NCBI GenBank assembly: GCA_963787125.1
Contig: CAWBBV010000007.1
Location: 480,001-544,000, forward strand
Source of the DNA: an uncultured delta proteobacterium
GTDB lineage: Bacteria; Desulfobacterota; Desulfuromonadia; Geobacterales; DSM-12255
Direction: 5' to 3'
DNA length: 64,000 nucleotides
Each line of letters starts with the position of its first letter. The first letter of the stretch is position 1. The notes beneath the pieces were generated by a model that saw only the letters and a program-made list of their open reading frames with translations, was not told the origin of the DNA and searched no databases. Below are positions 51,531 to 61,168 of this stretch, in pieces. The position numbers and the translations under genes were made by a program.

Positions 51531-53111
51531 CTATTGAACTTTACTATTTGCAAGAGGCTTAAGTCCCATAATGTCAGGTTCAGGTGATCGCAAGGCCATC
51601 CTGTAATAGTCAGTAGCCATATTTTTATCTCCTGTGCTCTCATAAGCGCTCCCCAAGTAATAGAGTGCTTCTATGAAATTGGGATCTCTTGTTAGTGCAC
51701 GTTTAAAACAGTTAATAGCACCACTAAAATCTTGTCTGACAAAATATAAATATCCCGTATAAAAATCATATTCCGGGCTGCTATAATTAAGTCGTCTGGC
51801 CGTGTCCAGATGGTCAAATGCTTGAGCGAACTTGCCTTCAAGAAAGTAAATTCTGCCAACATGAACATTAGCATTTGTTGACCCAGGAGAAATTCTAACC
51901 GTATTTTCCCACAAAGTTTTGTTCGATTCCCATACCAGATTGCGATTCATACTCAAACCGCTCCACAGGAGCACTATTCCCAAGTAAACAACCATTCTGG
52001 TTTTTGAATTATTGATACTCAGAATGAAACTGGCAAGGAGACAACAAAAGGCTAACGAGGGCAGATAGGCGTATCTATCCGCTACAACGGGGTGCGTAGA
52101 AAAAATATTCAAAACCGGGATAAGCGTCACAAAGTACCAGCTTACCCAGAATGAAACCAGAGGGGTATTTCTTTTGCAGCGTACGGCAAGATATATGGTC
52201 ACAACTACAAGTAGGAGACCGCCCAATGCCTTTATGCTCAATATGGATTCGGTAAATCGGGTGTCGTATTCAACGGATAATTCAATCGGGATAACTAGCT
52301 TGTTCAGATAAAACCAGGGGATTTGGGATGCAACAGCTATTTTCGACAATACAAAATCGATATCTATTTTAGTCGGAAGGCTTGGAATAATGTGACTTTG
52401 TTGCGCAATGAATTTATGAAAGAAAAATGCCGCAATTGACACCAAACCATATGGAATCGCATAAACTATGGCTTTGATTTTATCATGTTTGTAACGCTGT
52501 ATATTTAACAGCAGGACAATAAATGGCAAGGTTATGCTGGTGACTTTTGAGAAAATGGAGATTACAAAACTGAGAAAGCCGACAACAAAGTAAATTTTAC
52601 GTTTCGAGCTTTTACTATCGAGAAACAAGATGTTGACGTAACAAGAAACCATGAAAAAAAGCGTTGAAAGTAATGCATTTCTGCAGGTGATGAAGCTTAC
52701 TACTTCGCTATGAAGAGGGTGGACGGCAAACATTGTTGCTGCCAATAGGGCCAATAGCTCTGAACTATTAATTTTCGTTGCCTGATCGACACAGTAAAAC
52801 ACCAGTAGTCTGCGAACAAACGCATATACAATTAATACAGTAACAGCAAACAGCACTACGTTCGTTATATGAAATCCCATGGCACTGTTGCCCCACAAGG
52901 TATAATCCAAAGCATAAGACATATCCCGTATTGGGAGGTATTCAACACCATTTGCTAACGACAGCCATATACGATCCAATTTAAAGTCAATGTAGGTATT
53001 ATTGTTAACCAAAAAAAGGAAGTCGTCCCACACAAAACCATTATAAATTGTATTGCCGAATACAGAACAGACTATGACCAGCAGGAGTAAATAGTAATAT
53101 GTTTTATTCAT
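51531..53111 (-). CDS. TMTC-like GT-C glycosyltransferase with TPRs (AT-rich)
   Basis: VWDD, FHITN, HPLHSEVV, VADRYAYLP, TPR tail. Confidence 0.75.
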   Translation of the reverse strand: MNKTYYYLLLLVIVCSVFGNTIYNGFVWDDFLFLVNNNTYIDFKLDRIWLSLANGVEYLPIRDMSYALDYTLWGNSAMGFHITNVVLFAVTVLIVYAFVRRLLVFYCVDQATKINSSELLALLAATMFAVHPLHSEVVSFITCRNALLSTLFFMVSCYVNILFLDSKSSKRKIYFVVGFLSFVISIFSKVTSITLPFIVLLLNIQRYKHDKIKAIVYAIPYGLVSIAAFFFHKFIAQQSHIIPSLPTKIDIDFVLSKIAVASQIPWFYLNKLVIPIELSVEYDTRFTESILSIKALGGLLLVVVTIYLAVRCKRNTPLVSFWVSWYFVTLIPVLNIFSTHPVVADRYAYLPSLAFCCLLASFILSINNSKTRMVVYLGIVLLWSGLSMNRNLVWESNKTLWENTVRISPGSTNANVHVGRIYFLEGKFAQAFDHLDTARRLNYSSPEYDFYTGYLYFVRQDFSGAINCFKRALTRDPNFIEALYYLGSAYESTGDKNMATDYYRMALRSPEPDIMGLKPLANSKVQ

Positions 53112-53260
53112 GAGTCGATTCCACCTACTGGTAAGAGCATAATAATCACACCCAAATTTCATTTGTATGATTTCATTTCGAGTGAAGTTGCTGCGAAGAA
53201 TAATGCACAAAGAAGTGCTAGGTCAATTCAAAAACCTCGTTGGAACTTAACCTCAATTGC

Positions 53261-53299
53261 AAGTAAAGTGCGGTAGAACTCTTCTACCGGACTTTACTT
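53261..53299. terminator. Long hairpin (terminator or attenuator) between the fibre gene and the TMTC-like gene
   Basis: AAGTAAAGT-G-CGGTAGAA / TTCTACCG-G-ACTTTACTT, 17 bp with one mismatch. Confidence 0.6.
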
Positions 53300-53362
53300 T
53301 GTCAATCAAAGGAAGAGTGGTTCGCCCATTTTGACGGGTCATTGAGCGCTAGTTGCGCAATA

Positions 53363-54592
53363 TTAAAGTGGTTTTGGGAGCCCGTCAGAACCAACATTAA
53401 AACTACCTACTGCCCCAGGGCAGTTGATGGTATCAAAAACATTGAATGTTATGAGAGGGTTAACTGGAGCGCCCGCCGGGAAACGGTAAATATCCGTAAT
53501 ATTCCCTGTAATGACGTTTGATGTTATTGTCCCTCCTCCTCCCTCGTACATATTTAATCCAGTTCTAAAACCAGTGACAATGTTTGCCTGCACTATGCAT
53601 TCACGAGAAAAATTATAGAGACTCATTCCAATCCCTTCTCCATTTTTAGTGAGAGTATTACCAAAAATTCTAGTCCTCGCAGACAGGGCGCTATTAATTC
53701 CGTAGCCACCTGCTTGAGAAATAATATTATTAAGGATTTTAGTGTCACTATTTGCTTCCTCATATATACCGGTATAAAAATTAGACACAGAATTGTTAGT
53801 TATCGTGACTAAAGTGCTGTTCAGAGCAGTAATAGCGGTTCCATTTCCGCTATTAGTAGCTGAAATGAATGCATTGTCTCTAATGTCTATATTGTCGCAG
53901 TAGCTAAACCCAATCGCGGTTCCAGTATTAAAATCAGATGAAAAGGTGATGCCTGAAGCAGTAATGTGATTAGCAGAATATCCATTTAAAACACCTGCCG
54001 ACGTTGGAGCAACTATCTTTACTGTTTCCTTGCTGGAACCTTGAAAATGAATGTATCCCTTGTATGCGATTGAAATAGCTTCAACATATGTCCCCGGCAT
54101 TATTTTGATCAATACGGGATTGTTTGCTGTAGGATTAACGGAGTTAACTGCACTTTGAATTGATGAGAAATCACCGCCGCTATTAGCTACAACTACCACA
54201 TTTGAATACTGCGGCATCGTTCCAGAAGGACCTTGCGGACCGGTTAATCCAGTATCACCTTTTACACCCTGTAATCCTTGAGTGCCTGCAACCCCCTGTG
54301 GACCAGCAGTACCTACACTGCATACCCAAGCACTTCCGTTGTATTGCAAGTATTGCCCACTCGGACAAACCATTCCTAGTTTAGCCGCTGTTACCGCCCC
54401 ATCCTGAATGTGCCCGGTTTTGACACCACTTCCAGTTGTCAGGCTTTGTCCGGTTGTACCGTCAGCAGGTTTAATGCTGGTTGAAATAACCGAGTTTGCC
54501 GCTGCTGTTGCGCCAAACCCCTGCACAGGCAATGCACACATTGCTGCCACAGTTAGCCACATTGCTACTCTACTTCTCATTCCAATTTTCAT
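53363..54592 (-). CDS. Secreted fibre-like protein: collagen-like repeats plus C-terminal parallel beta-helix (pectate lyase/NosD-like)
   Basis: Sec signal peptide, DGAVTAAKL, ~10 Gly-X-Y triplets, GGDFSSIQSAV...I.PGTY.E, Asn/Ile ladders. GGGAGG RBS. Confidence 0.75.
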   Translation of the reverse strand: MKIGMRSRVAMWLTVAAMCALPVQGFGATAAANSVISTSIKPADGTTGQSLTTGSGVKTGHIQDGAVTAAKLGMVCPSGQYLQYNGSAWVCSVGTAGPQGVAGTQGLQGVKGDTGLTGPQGPSGTMPQYSNVVVVANSGGDFSSIQSAVNSVNPTANNPVLIKIMPGTYVEAISIAYKGYIHFQGSSKETVKIVAPTSAGVLNGYSANHITASGITFSSDFNTGTAIGFSYCDNIDIRDNAFISATNSGNGTAITALNSTLVTITNNSVSNFYTGIYEEANSDTKILNNIISQAGGYGINSALSARTRIFGNTLTKNGEGIGMSLYNFSRECIVQANIVTGFRTGLNMYEGGGGTITSNVITGNITDIYRFPAGAPVNPLITFNVFDTINCPGAVGSFNVGSDGLPKPL

Positions 54593-54732
54593 CTTTCCCT
54601 CCCTTATTAAAATAGTGCGGTTCAATGACCGCACATTGCATACAATGTATGTAAAAGCCTGTTGAAAGGCTTTCACAGCCGTATAGATATTCATATGTTC
54701 TTGTTAATTAGCCTCATAATATTAAAGCGGCT

Positions 54733-54764
54733 AAGGTATACCATTTTTTTTTTTTCATGGTCAA
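54733..54764 (-). promoter_or_regulatory. Putative sigma70 promoter with an A12 tract in the spacer
   Basis: TTGACC-ATG-A12-TGG-TATACCTT on the minus strand. Confidence 0.5.
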
Positions 54765-55037
54765 GCACTTTTAATATGTTTTTAACAAACGATTGCCATG
54801 CTGCTTGTGAGGCGCTGTAATGTTCGTATTAGTTCGTTTGAACTTCCGTAAAAATTAGGTTTTTAGTTGTCTTTCTTGAGAACGATGCATTTGGTGGGCA
54901 TTAGGAGTTGTATCCTTGGGGGTGCTGATACTTTGTTTCGTAAGCGCAGAGCTATTTTTACAATTCTATTACAAATGAAAAGCTGTTTGGTTTGCTATGA
55001 TGACTGAAACTAATTAAAAGCTGTTGGAGGTTTTTGC

Positions 55038-56108
55038 ATGATTAAGCCGTTGAAAATAGGCAAGTATACTGTCAGATACCCGCTGATCCAGGGGGGCATG
55101 GGTGTGCGTATCTCTGGCGGTTCTCTTGCCGGTCACGTGGCAAAATGCGGTGGCGTTGGCCTTGTGGCCGCACCCGGAATTGCCTTGAACAGCGAACTTT
55201 TTAATGGCCGCAACTATTTTCAAGCTCAAACGGAAGCTTTCAAGGCTGAATTGAGAAAAGCTTATGAAATCGCACCTGATGGAATAATCGGTGTCAACGT
55301 TATGGTGGCGCTCTCGGATTTTGAAAAGCTTGTCGCTGCAGCGATAGAGGGTGGGGCAAAAGTGATTGTCTGTGGGGCAGGGCTGCCTTTGACGCTCCCG
55401 GGGCTTACCGCCCATGCACCGGATGTAGCTCTTGTGCCGATTGTTTCGTCCCTGCGCGCTGCACAACTGATCGTCCGCAAGTGGGATAAAGGTTTTCATC
55501 GTCTCCCGGATGCAATTGTGGTTGAAGATCCTGATACTGCCGGCGGTCACCTTGGCGAGAAGCTGGAGCGTATCGGCAACGGTGAGTATGATCAATACCG
55601 CACCGTCAGGGATATCAAGGAATACCTGAAAACAGAGTTTCCTGAAGCAGTAATTCCAGTTATCGCTGCAGGTGGTATCTGGGACAGAGCTGATCTCTTG
55701 CATGCTCTTGAGCAGGGGGCTGACGGAGTGCAGATGGCGAGCCGTTTTGTGCCGACTGTCGAGTGTGACGCTGCTGATGGCTTTAAACAGGCATATCTTG
55801 ACTGTCGCCAAGAGGATATCGGCCTGATCATGAGTCCGGCAGGGCTTCCCGGCCGCGCCATTCTCAAAAACCAGGAGCAGATCCGCCAGTATGATGTTGA
55901 TCACAGTACCGGCTGTCGCATGGGCTGCTTGAAAAAATGCTCCTACAAGGAGTCTGGGGAGCGATTCTGCATCATCTCCTCACTGGATCGGGCGCAACGT
56001 GGCGATATTGACTCAGGACTTGTTTTTTGCGGGACCAATGCCTGGAAGGCTGACAGGATTTCGACGGTACAGGAGATATTTGATGAACTCTTTCCCGGTG
56101 AAAGTTAA
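55038..56108 (+). CDS. Nitronate monooxygenase/FabK/FabX-family FMN enzyme with Fe-S motif
   Basis: IQGGMGV, GAGLP, AGGHLG, AAGGI, C-terminal CxxxCxxxC...C. Confidence 0.85.
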   Translation: MIKPLKIGKYTVRYPLIQGGMGVRISGGSLAGHVAKCGGVGLVAAPGIALNSELFNGRNYFQAQTEAFKAELRKAYEIAPDGIIGVNVMVALSDFEKLVAAAIEGGAKVIVCGAGLPLTLPGLTAHAPDVALVPIVSSLRAAQLIVRKWDKGFHRLPDAIVVEDPDTAGGHLGEKLERIGNGEYDQYRTVRDIKEYLKTEFPEAVIPVIAAGGIWDRADLLHALEQGADGVQMASRFVPTVECDAADGFKQAYLDCRQEDIGLIMSPAGLPGRAILKNQEQIRQYDVDHSTGCRMGCLKKCSYKESGERFCIISSLDRAQRGDIDSGLVFCGTNAWKADRISTVQEIFDELFPGES

Positions 56109-56136
56109 CCGATTGAAGGCGGAGAAGTGTGAATGC

Positions 56137-56173
56137 AAAGAGCCGGTCAGGATTCCTGACCGGCTCTTTTTTT
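56137..56173 (+). terminator. Intrinsic terminator
   Basis: AAAGAGCCGGTCAGGA-T-TCCTGACCGGCTCTTT plus a T-run. Confidence 0.85.
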
Positions 56174-56264
56174 GCTGTGTGCAACTGGGGAGAGTATGAA
56201 GCGTGCAAACGCGCAGGATAATGCTTTTGGGGCTACAATTTTCGGATCACGTTTTCGTCGTTGA

Positions 56265-56292
56265 TTGACAAAAGGAAGAGAACTGTTACGCT
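56265..56292 (+). promoter_or_regulatory. Putative sigma70 promoter of the respiratory cluster
   Basis: TTGACA-N16-TACGCT with extended -10 TGn. Confidence 0.5.
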
Positions 56293-56357
56293 GTCAGAAA
56301 TATTAATAATGAATATGATTTCAGCCAGACCACGATAGGCGCGATGAAGGAGCATCT

Positions 56358-56777
56358 ATGGTAAATGAAGACAGACGAAAATTTCTCGGTGTTTGTCTGG
56401 GGGGACTTGCCGCCACGACCGCAGTGGCCGTAGGCTATCCCGTCTATCGCTATCTGGCGCCGCTGCAGAAAGAGAATTCGACCGGGAAAGTTGTTATCCC
56501 GGAACAGGATCTCCCTCCAGGCGGAGCAAAATTTTTTGAATATGCCGGTTCGACAGCGGTGATGGTGCGGAAACCGGGAGGCGATCTGGTGGCTCTTTCC
56601 GCTGTCTGTACCCATCTAGGCTGCATTGTCCAGTGGGAAAAGGAGAAACAGGATTTTATCTGCCCCTGCCACGCCGGTCACTACAGTTCTGAAGGGGCTG
56701 TCATCTCCGGTCCTCCCCCCAAGCCACTGGCCAAGCTCCCCTTTGTCGTCGCCAATGGCGTCATAACCGTAGGCTGA
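56358..56777 (+). CDS. Rieske 2Fe-2S subunit of a menaquinol:cytochrome c oxidoreductase (Geobacter CbcV-like)
   Basis: Tat motif RRKFL, CTHLGC and CPCH, GPPP. Confidence 0.92.
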   Translation: MVNEDRRKFLGVCLGGLAATTAVAVGYPVYRYLAPLQKENSTGKVVIPEQDLPPGGAKFFEYAGSTAVMVRKPGGDLVALSAVCTHLGCIVQWEKEKQDFICPCHAGHYSSEGAVISGPPPKPLAKLPFVVANGVITVG

Positions 56778-56788
56778 AGGGAGGCTGC

Positions 56789-57891
56789 ATGGGACTTTTC
56801 AAGACAGTTATCGACTGGATCGACCGGCGCATCAATGTCCGTGAAATTGTGGCAAAGGAGCTGACCGGCTATCTCCTGCCGCGCAATATCAATGTCTGGT
56901 ATTCCATGGGGAGTATCCTCCTCTTCATTTTCGGCCTACAGGTCGTGACCGGCATCCTGCTGCTGATCTATTACGTCCCGGATGCTGACAAGGCGTTCAA
57001 GAGTGTCACCTTTATCATGAACGACGTCCCCTTCGGCTGGCTGATCCGGATGTGCCACGCGGTCGGCTCGAACATGATGGTGCTGATACTCCTTTTCCAT
57101 ATGCTGTCGGTCCTGTTCATGGGGAGCTACAAGAAGCCGCGGGAGCTGAACTGGCTCTCCGGGTTTATCCTCTTCAATCTGATTATGGGGATTTCCCTGA
57201 CCGGCTATCTGCTCCCCTGGAGCCAGCTCTCCTTCTGGGCGACCACCGTGGCCACCAACAGTGTCAGTTCCATCCCGGTGGCCGGTCCGTTTCTGGTGGA
57301 GTTTCTCCGCGGCAGCAAGCTTGTCGGACCAGCGACACTGGGACGCTTCTTCGCCCTGCATGTATCGGTCCTGCCGCTGGCCATTGCCGGCCTGATCGGA
57401 GCCCATCTCTTTTTTCTCAAACGGACCGGTATTTCAACACCACCCTTTGGCGTCAAGGATAGCGGCAACCAGTGGAAGGGGACACTTATTGTTACGAGGA
57501 CCATCCGGGTGGGATTCCATTCTTCCCCGACTATGCTCTGCAGGATGCCACTTCCATCGCCCTTTATCTGGTGTTTTTCCTGGCAGTGGTCTTTTTTGAT
57601 CCCTATCTTTTCTTCACCCGTGAATCTTTTGTCGCGGCCAATCCGTTCCAGACTCCGGCTCACATCAAACCCGAGTGGTACTTTCTGGCCAACTACCAGA
57701 CCCTGAAAATATTTCCCAATGAATTCATCGGCCTGTCGGTGCAGGGTGCGGCAATGACTTTCATCGCCCTGCTCCCCTTCATTGACGTCGGCCGCGAGCG
57801 CCATCCCTTGAAACGACCGCTTTTCATGGCAGCTGCCATGGGCGGGATCATTCTCTGGATAGGCCTGTCCATCTGGGGGCACTACTCATGA
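56789..57891 (+). CDS. Cytochrome b subunit (CbcW-like), with an apparent 1-nt deletion in the G-run at 57478-57481
   Basis: GWLIRMCH, FHM, GYLLPW, RFFALH...AH haem ligands in the 5' ORF. KPEWY Qo motif in the 3' ORF. Confidence 0.9.
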
Positions 57892-58709
57892 GACAGATGA
57901 ATGTAACCATAAAGCAGATCTTGATTCTGGCAGCACTCTTCATGCTGCCGCAGGCGGCAGCGGCAGCAGTGGCCGGACCAGTCGAGATTGTCTGCATCCA
58001 GTGTCACGCCAAGCTGCCGGGCAAATACGGTGAACCGGTCAAACTCTGGCAGGGGAGCATTCATGCCGAAAACGGCATCGCCTGCAATTCCTGCCATGGC
58101 GGCGATCCCAAGGATGCGGCCAACGCCATGAGCCCGGCCCGCGGTTTTCTCGGCGCGCCGAAAGAGACGGCTATCCCGGCGTTTTGCGGCCGCTGTCATG
58201 TCGGCGTGCTGAAAGACTATCTGACCAGCCTGCACGGCAAAGCCCTGGGCAGGGGAGGGCCGACCTGCGTAACCTGCCACGGCAACCACAATGTGGTCAA
58301 AGCGTCCCTGGATCTTATCAACGAGAAATCCTGCAGCCGTTGCCACAGTTTTAAACAGGCGGAAAAAATCAAAGCGGCAATGTACGAAACAGAAAAGATG
58401 ATTCTGAACATTGAGACCAGAACTGCAGGCTTCAAGCAGCAGGGGGTCGAAGTCGACCGGTTGGAAAAGGGGCTGTTTTCAATCCGCAACAGCTTCCATT
58501 CGCTCTTCCATACCGTCGACACCGGCAAGGTCGGCACGGAATCGGCGCGTATCCAGACAGAATTGAAGAAACTTGAATATATCCTTAACGGCATTGATGA
58601 ACAGCTGCAAAAACGCAAGCTGATCGGGGCCGGTGCCGTAGCAGGCGCTCTCCTGGCCGCTCTGCTGTTCTTCCTGCTCAGAAAAACCTGCGAACGGACA
58701 AAACCCTGA
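57888..58709 (+). CDS. Pentahaem cytochrome c with C-terminal membrane anchor (CbcX-like)
   Basis: Signal peptide. CIQCH, CNSCH, CGRCH, CVTCH, CSRCH. C-terminal TM. Confidence 0.9.
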   Translation: MRQMNVTIKQILILAALFMLPQAAAAAVAGPVEIVCIQCHAKLPGKYGEPVKLWQGSIHAENGIACNSCHGGDPKDAANAMSPARGFLGAPKETAIPAFCGRCHVGVLKDYLTSLHGKALGRGGPTCVTCHGNHNVVKASLDLINEKSCSRCHSFKQAEKIKAAMYETEKMILNIETRTAGFKQQGVEVDRLEKGLFSIRNSFHSLFHTVDTGKVGTESARIQTELKKLEYILNGIDEQLQKRKLIGAGAVAGALLAALLFFLLRKTCERTKP

Positions 58710-58742
58710 TCCGGACAGCCTCTAAGGCTTGAGTGAAAATTT

Positions 58743-59555
58743 GTGAGCATATTCCAACCTGGACGACAACTGCTTTTCGTGATCATGCTCCTGTTGCCGG
58801 GCCTTCTCTTTGCCCATACAGGCGGCGACGGGCAACTGAATCTTCCGCCGGGCGGGATTGAAGAGCACCTCGGCGCAAAAATCCCCCTGGACATCACCTT
58901 CCGGGATGAGACCGGAAAATTAGTTGCACTCGCAGAGCTGATTTCCGGTCCGACCATTATTCTGCCTGTTTACTATCGCTGTGCCAATGTCTGCAGTGTT
59001 CTCCAGGCCCGCATGGCAACTGCGCTGCAGAAACTGGAACTGAAACCGGCAGTGGATTACCGGGTCATCTCCATCAGTTTCGACGAACGGGAGACCCCGG
59101 AACTGGCCGCCCGGAGCAAGCTGGCCTACCTGGCTGCCATTCGCAAGCCTTTTCCGGCAGACGGGTGGCGTTTTTTGACCGGTGACAACGCAGCCATCCA
59201 CCGCCTGACTGACAGTGCCGGTTATTTTTTCCAGCGGCAGGGTGAGGATTTTATTCACCCGGTGGTCAGCATCATGGTGGCCGGCGACGGCACCATTGTC
59301 CGCTATCTCTATGGTTTGACCGTCCTCCCCAAAGACCTGGCCCTGGCCATCACCGAAGCGCGTAGCGGCCTTACCGGCGCCTCGATCCGCAAGGCGATGG
59401 ACTTCTGCTTCACCTACGATCCGGCAGGCAAGACTTATGTTTTCAATCTCTTGAAAGTCGGCGCGACAACCGTTATCCTTGCTGCCGGCGGGTTTCTTGC
59501 CTTCCTGCTGCTGACCGGCAAAAAACAGCGACCATCTCCCGGAGAAAAATCATGA
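58743..59555 (+). CDS. SCO1/SenC family copper chaperone
   Basis: YYRCANVC (CxxxC), WRFLTG, FIHP. Confidence 0.88.
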   Translation: MSIFQPGRQLLFVIMLLLPGLLFAHTGGDGQLNLPPGGIEEHLGAKIPLDITFRDETGKLVALAELISGPTIILPVYYRCANVCSVLQARMATALQKLELKPAVDYRVISISFDERETPELAARSKLAYLAAIRKPFPADGWRFLTGDNAAIHRLTDSAGYFFQRQGEDFIHPVVSIMVAGDGTIVRYLYGLTVLPKDLALAITEARSGLTGASIRKAMDFCFTYDPAGKTYVFNLLKVGATTVILAAGGFLAFLLLTGKKQRPSPGEKS

Positions 59556-61168
59556 TTCCTGCTGCACCGATTCAGGCAAGCTTCTGGAACGACACCGGCA
59601 AGACCGGTATTGCTGCCTGGATCTTCTCCACTGACCACAAGCGGATCGGTCTCCTCTACTTTTACTCGGTTCTCGGCTTCTTCCTGATTGCCGTCTGCCT
59701 CGGCCTGCTGCTGCGGATCGAGCTGATGGCGCCGGGCCGGACCATCATGGGGGCGCAGAGCTACAACGCCCTCTTCACCGTCCACGGCGTCATCATGGTC
59801 TTCCTCTTCATAATCCCCGGCTTTCCCGGCGCCTTCGGCAATCTGGTCATGCCGATCCAGATCGGCGCCCGGGATGTCGCCTTCCCACGGCTCAACCTCT
59901 TCTCCTGGTGGCTCTATATGCTCGGTGCGGTCATCATCCTTACCGCCCTCTTTACCGGCGGCGGACCGCCGGATACCGGCTGGACCTTTTATGTCCCGTT
60001 CAGCGCCCGCACCGGCACCAACGTCTCCCTGGCGGTCTTCGGCGTCTTCATTATCGGCTTCTCCTCGATTCTCACCGGGGTTAACTTTGTCACCACCATC
60101 CACCGCCTGCGGGCCGAGGGGCTGAGCTGGACCCGGCTGCCGCTCTTTGTCTGGTCGCTCTATGCCACCGCCTGGGTGCAGATCCTGGCCACGCCGATCC
60201 TCGGCATTACCCTCGCCCTGGTCATTGCCGAAAGAATGCTCGGAACCGGCCTGTTCGATGCCGCCCGGGGCGGCGATCCGCTCATGTATCAACATCTTTT
60301 CTGGATCTACTCCCACCCGGCGGTTTATATCATGATCCTGCCGGCCATGGGGGTCATCTCGGACATCATCCCGGTCTTTTCCCGCAAACCGGTTTTCGGC
60401 TACAAGATGATCGCCTTCTCCAGTATCGCCATTGCTGCGGCCGGCTCGCTGGTCTGGGGTCACCACATGTTCACCAGTGGCATGAGCGACACCGCAGTGC
60501 TGGTCTTCTCCTTCCTCACTTTCGTCGTTGCCATTCCCTCGGCCATCAAGGTCTTCAACTGGGTTGCCACCCTTTACAAGGGCTCCATCTCCCTGGAAGC
60601 GCCGATGCTCTTCGCCCTCAGCTTCATTCTGCTCTTCTCCATCGGCGGCCTGACCGGGCTGATCCTCGGCGCTGCGGCCACTGACATCCATGTCCACGAC
60701 ACCCAGTTCGTGGTCGGCCACTTCCATTACGTCATTTTCGGCGGCTCCGGATTTGCCTTTTTCGCTGCCATGCACTACTGGCTCCCCAAGTTCTATGGCC
60801 GCCGCTATGCCGAGAAACCGGCCCTCATCGCCTGGGGGCTGATGTTCGTCGGCTTCAACATCACTTACTTCTCCATGATGGTGCTGGGGATGAAGGGGAT
60901 GCCGCGCCGCTACTACGACTATCTTCCCGAGTTCGCCCCGCTCAACCTCGCCTCCACCCTCGGCAGCTGGTTGCTGGCCATCGGCATGGTGCTGCTGCTG
61001 GTTAACCTCTTCCGTGGCCTTTTCCGCGGTGAGCCTTTCGTCGGCAACCCCTGGGGGGGGGCGACCCTGGAGTGGAGCGTGGCAACCCCGCCACCGACGG
61101 AAAACTTCGAAGAAGAGCCGGTGGTGACTCACGGACCCTACGACTTCAAAGGAACGGGAATCCCATGA
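59552..61168 (+). CDS. coxA: Cytochrome c oxidase subunit I (A2-type)
   Basis: TDHKRIG, TVHG, WIYSHPAVY, WGHH, HDTQFVVGHFH, GMPRRY. Confidence 0.96.
   Translation: MIPAAPIQASFWNDTGKTGIAAWIFSTDHKRIGLLYFYSVLGFFLIAVCLGLLLRIELMAPGRTIMGAQSYNALFTVHGVIMVFLFIIPGFPGAFGNLVMPIQIGARDVAFPRLNLFSWWLYMLGAVIILTALFTGGGPPDTGWTFYVPFSARTGTNVSLAVFGVFIIGFSSILTGVNFVTTIHRLRAEGLSWTRLPLFVWSLYATAWVQILATPILGITLALVIAERMLGTGLFDAARGGDPLMYQHLFWIYSHPAVYIMILPAMGVISDIIPVFSRKPVFGYKMIAFSSIAIAAAGSLVWGHHMFTSGMSDTAVLVFSFLTFVVAIPSAIKVFNWVATLYKGSISLEAPMLFALSFILLFSIGGLTGLILGAAATDIHVHDTQFVVGHFHYVIFGGSGFAFFAAMHYWLPKFYGRRYAEKPALIAWGLMFVGFNITYFSMMVLGMKGMPRRYYDYLPEFAPLNLASTLGSWLLAIGMVLLLVNLFRGLFRGEPFVGNPWGGATLEWSVATPPPTENFEEEPVVTHGPYDFKGTGIP

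Noticed and set aside
59435..61132. 565-aa antisense ORF over coxA (also 55014..55904, 47150..47848, 58217..58957)
   Set aside because: Shadow ORFs opposite well-supported genes. No motifs, and expected from codon bias in GC-rich sequence.
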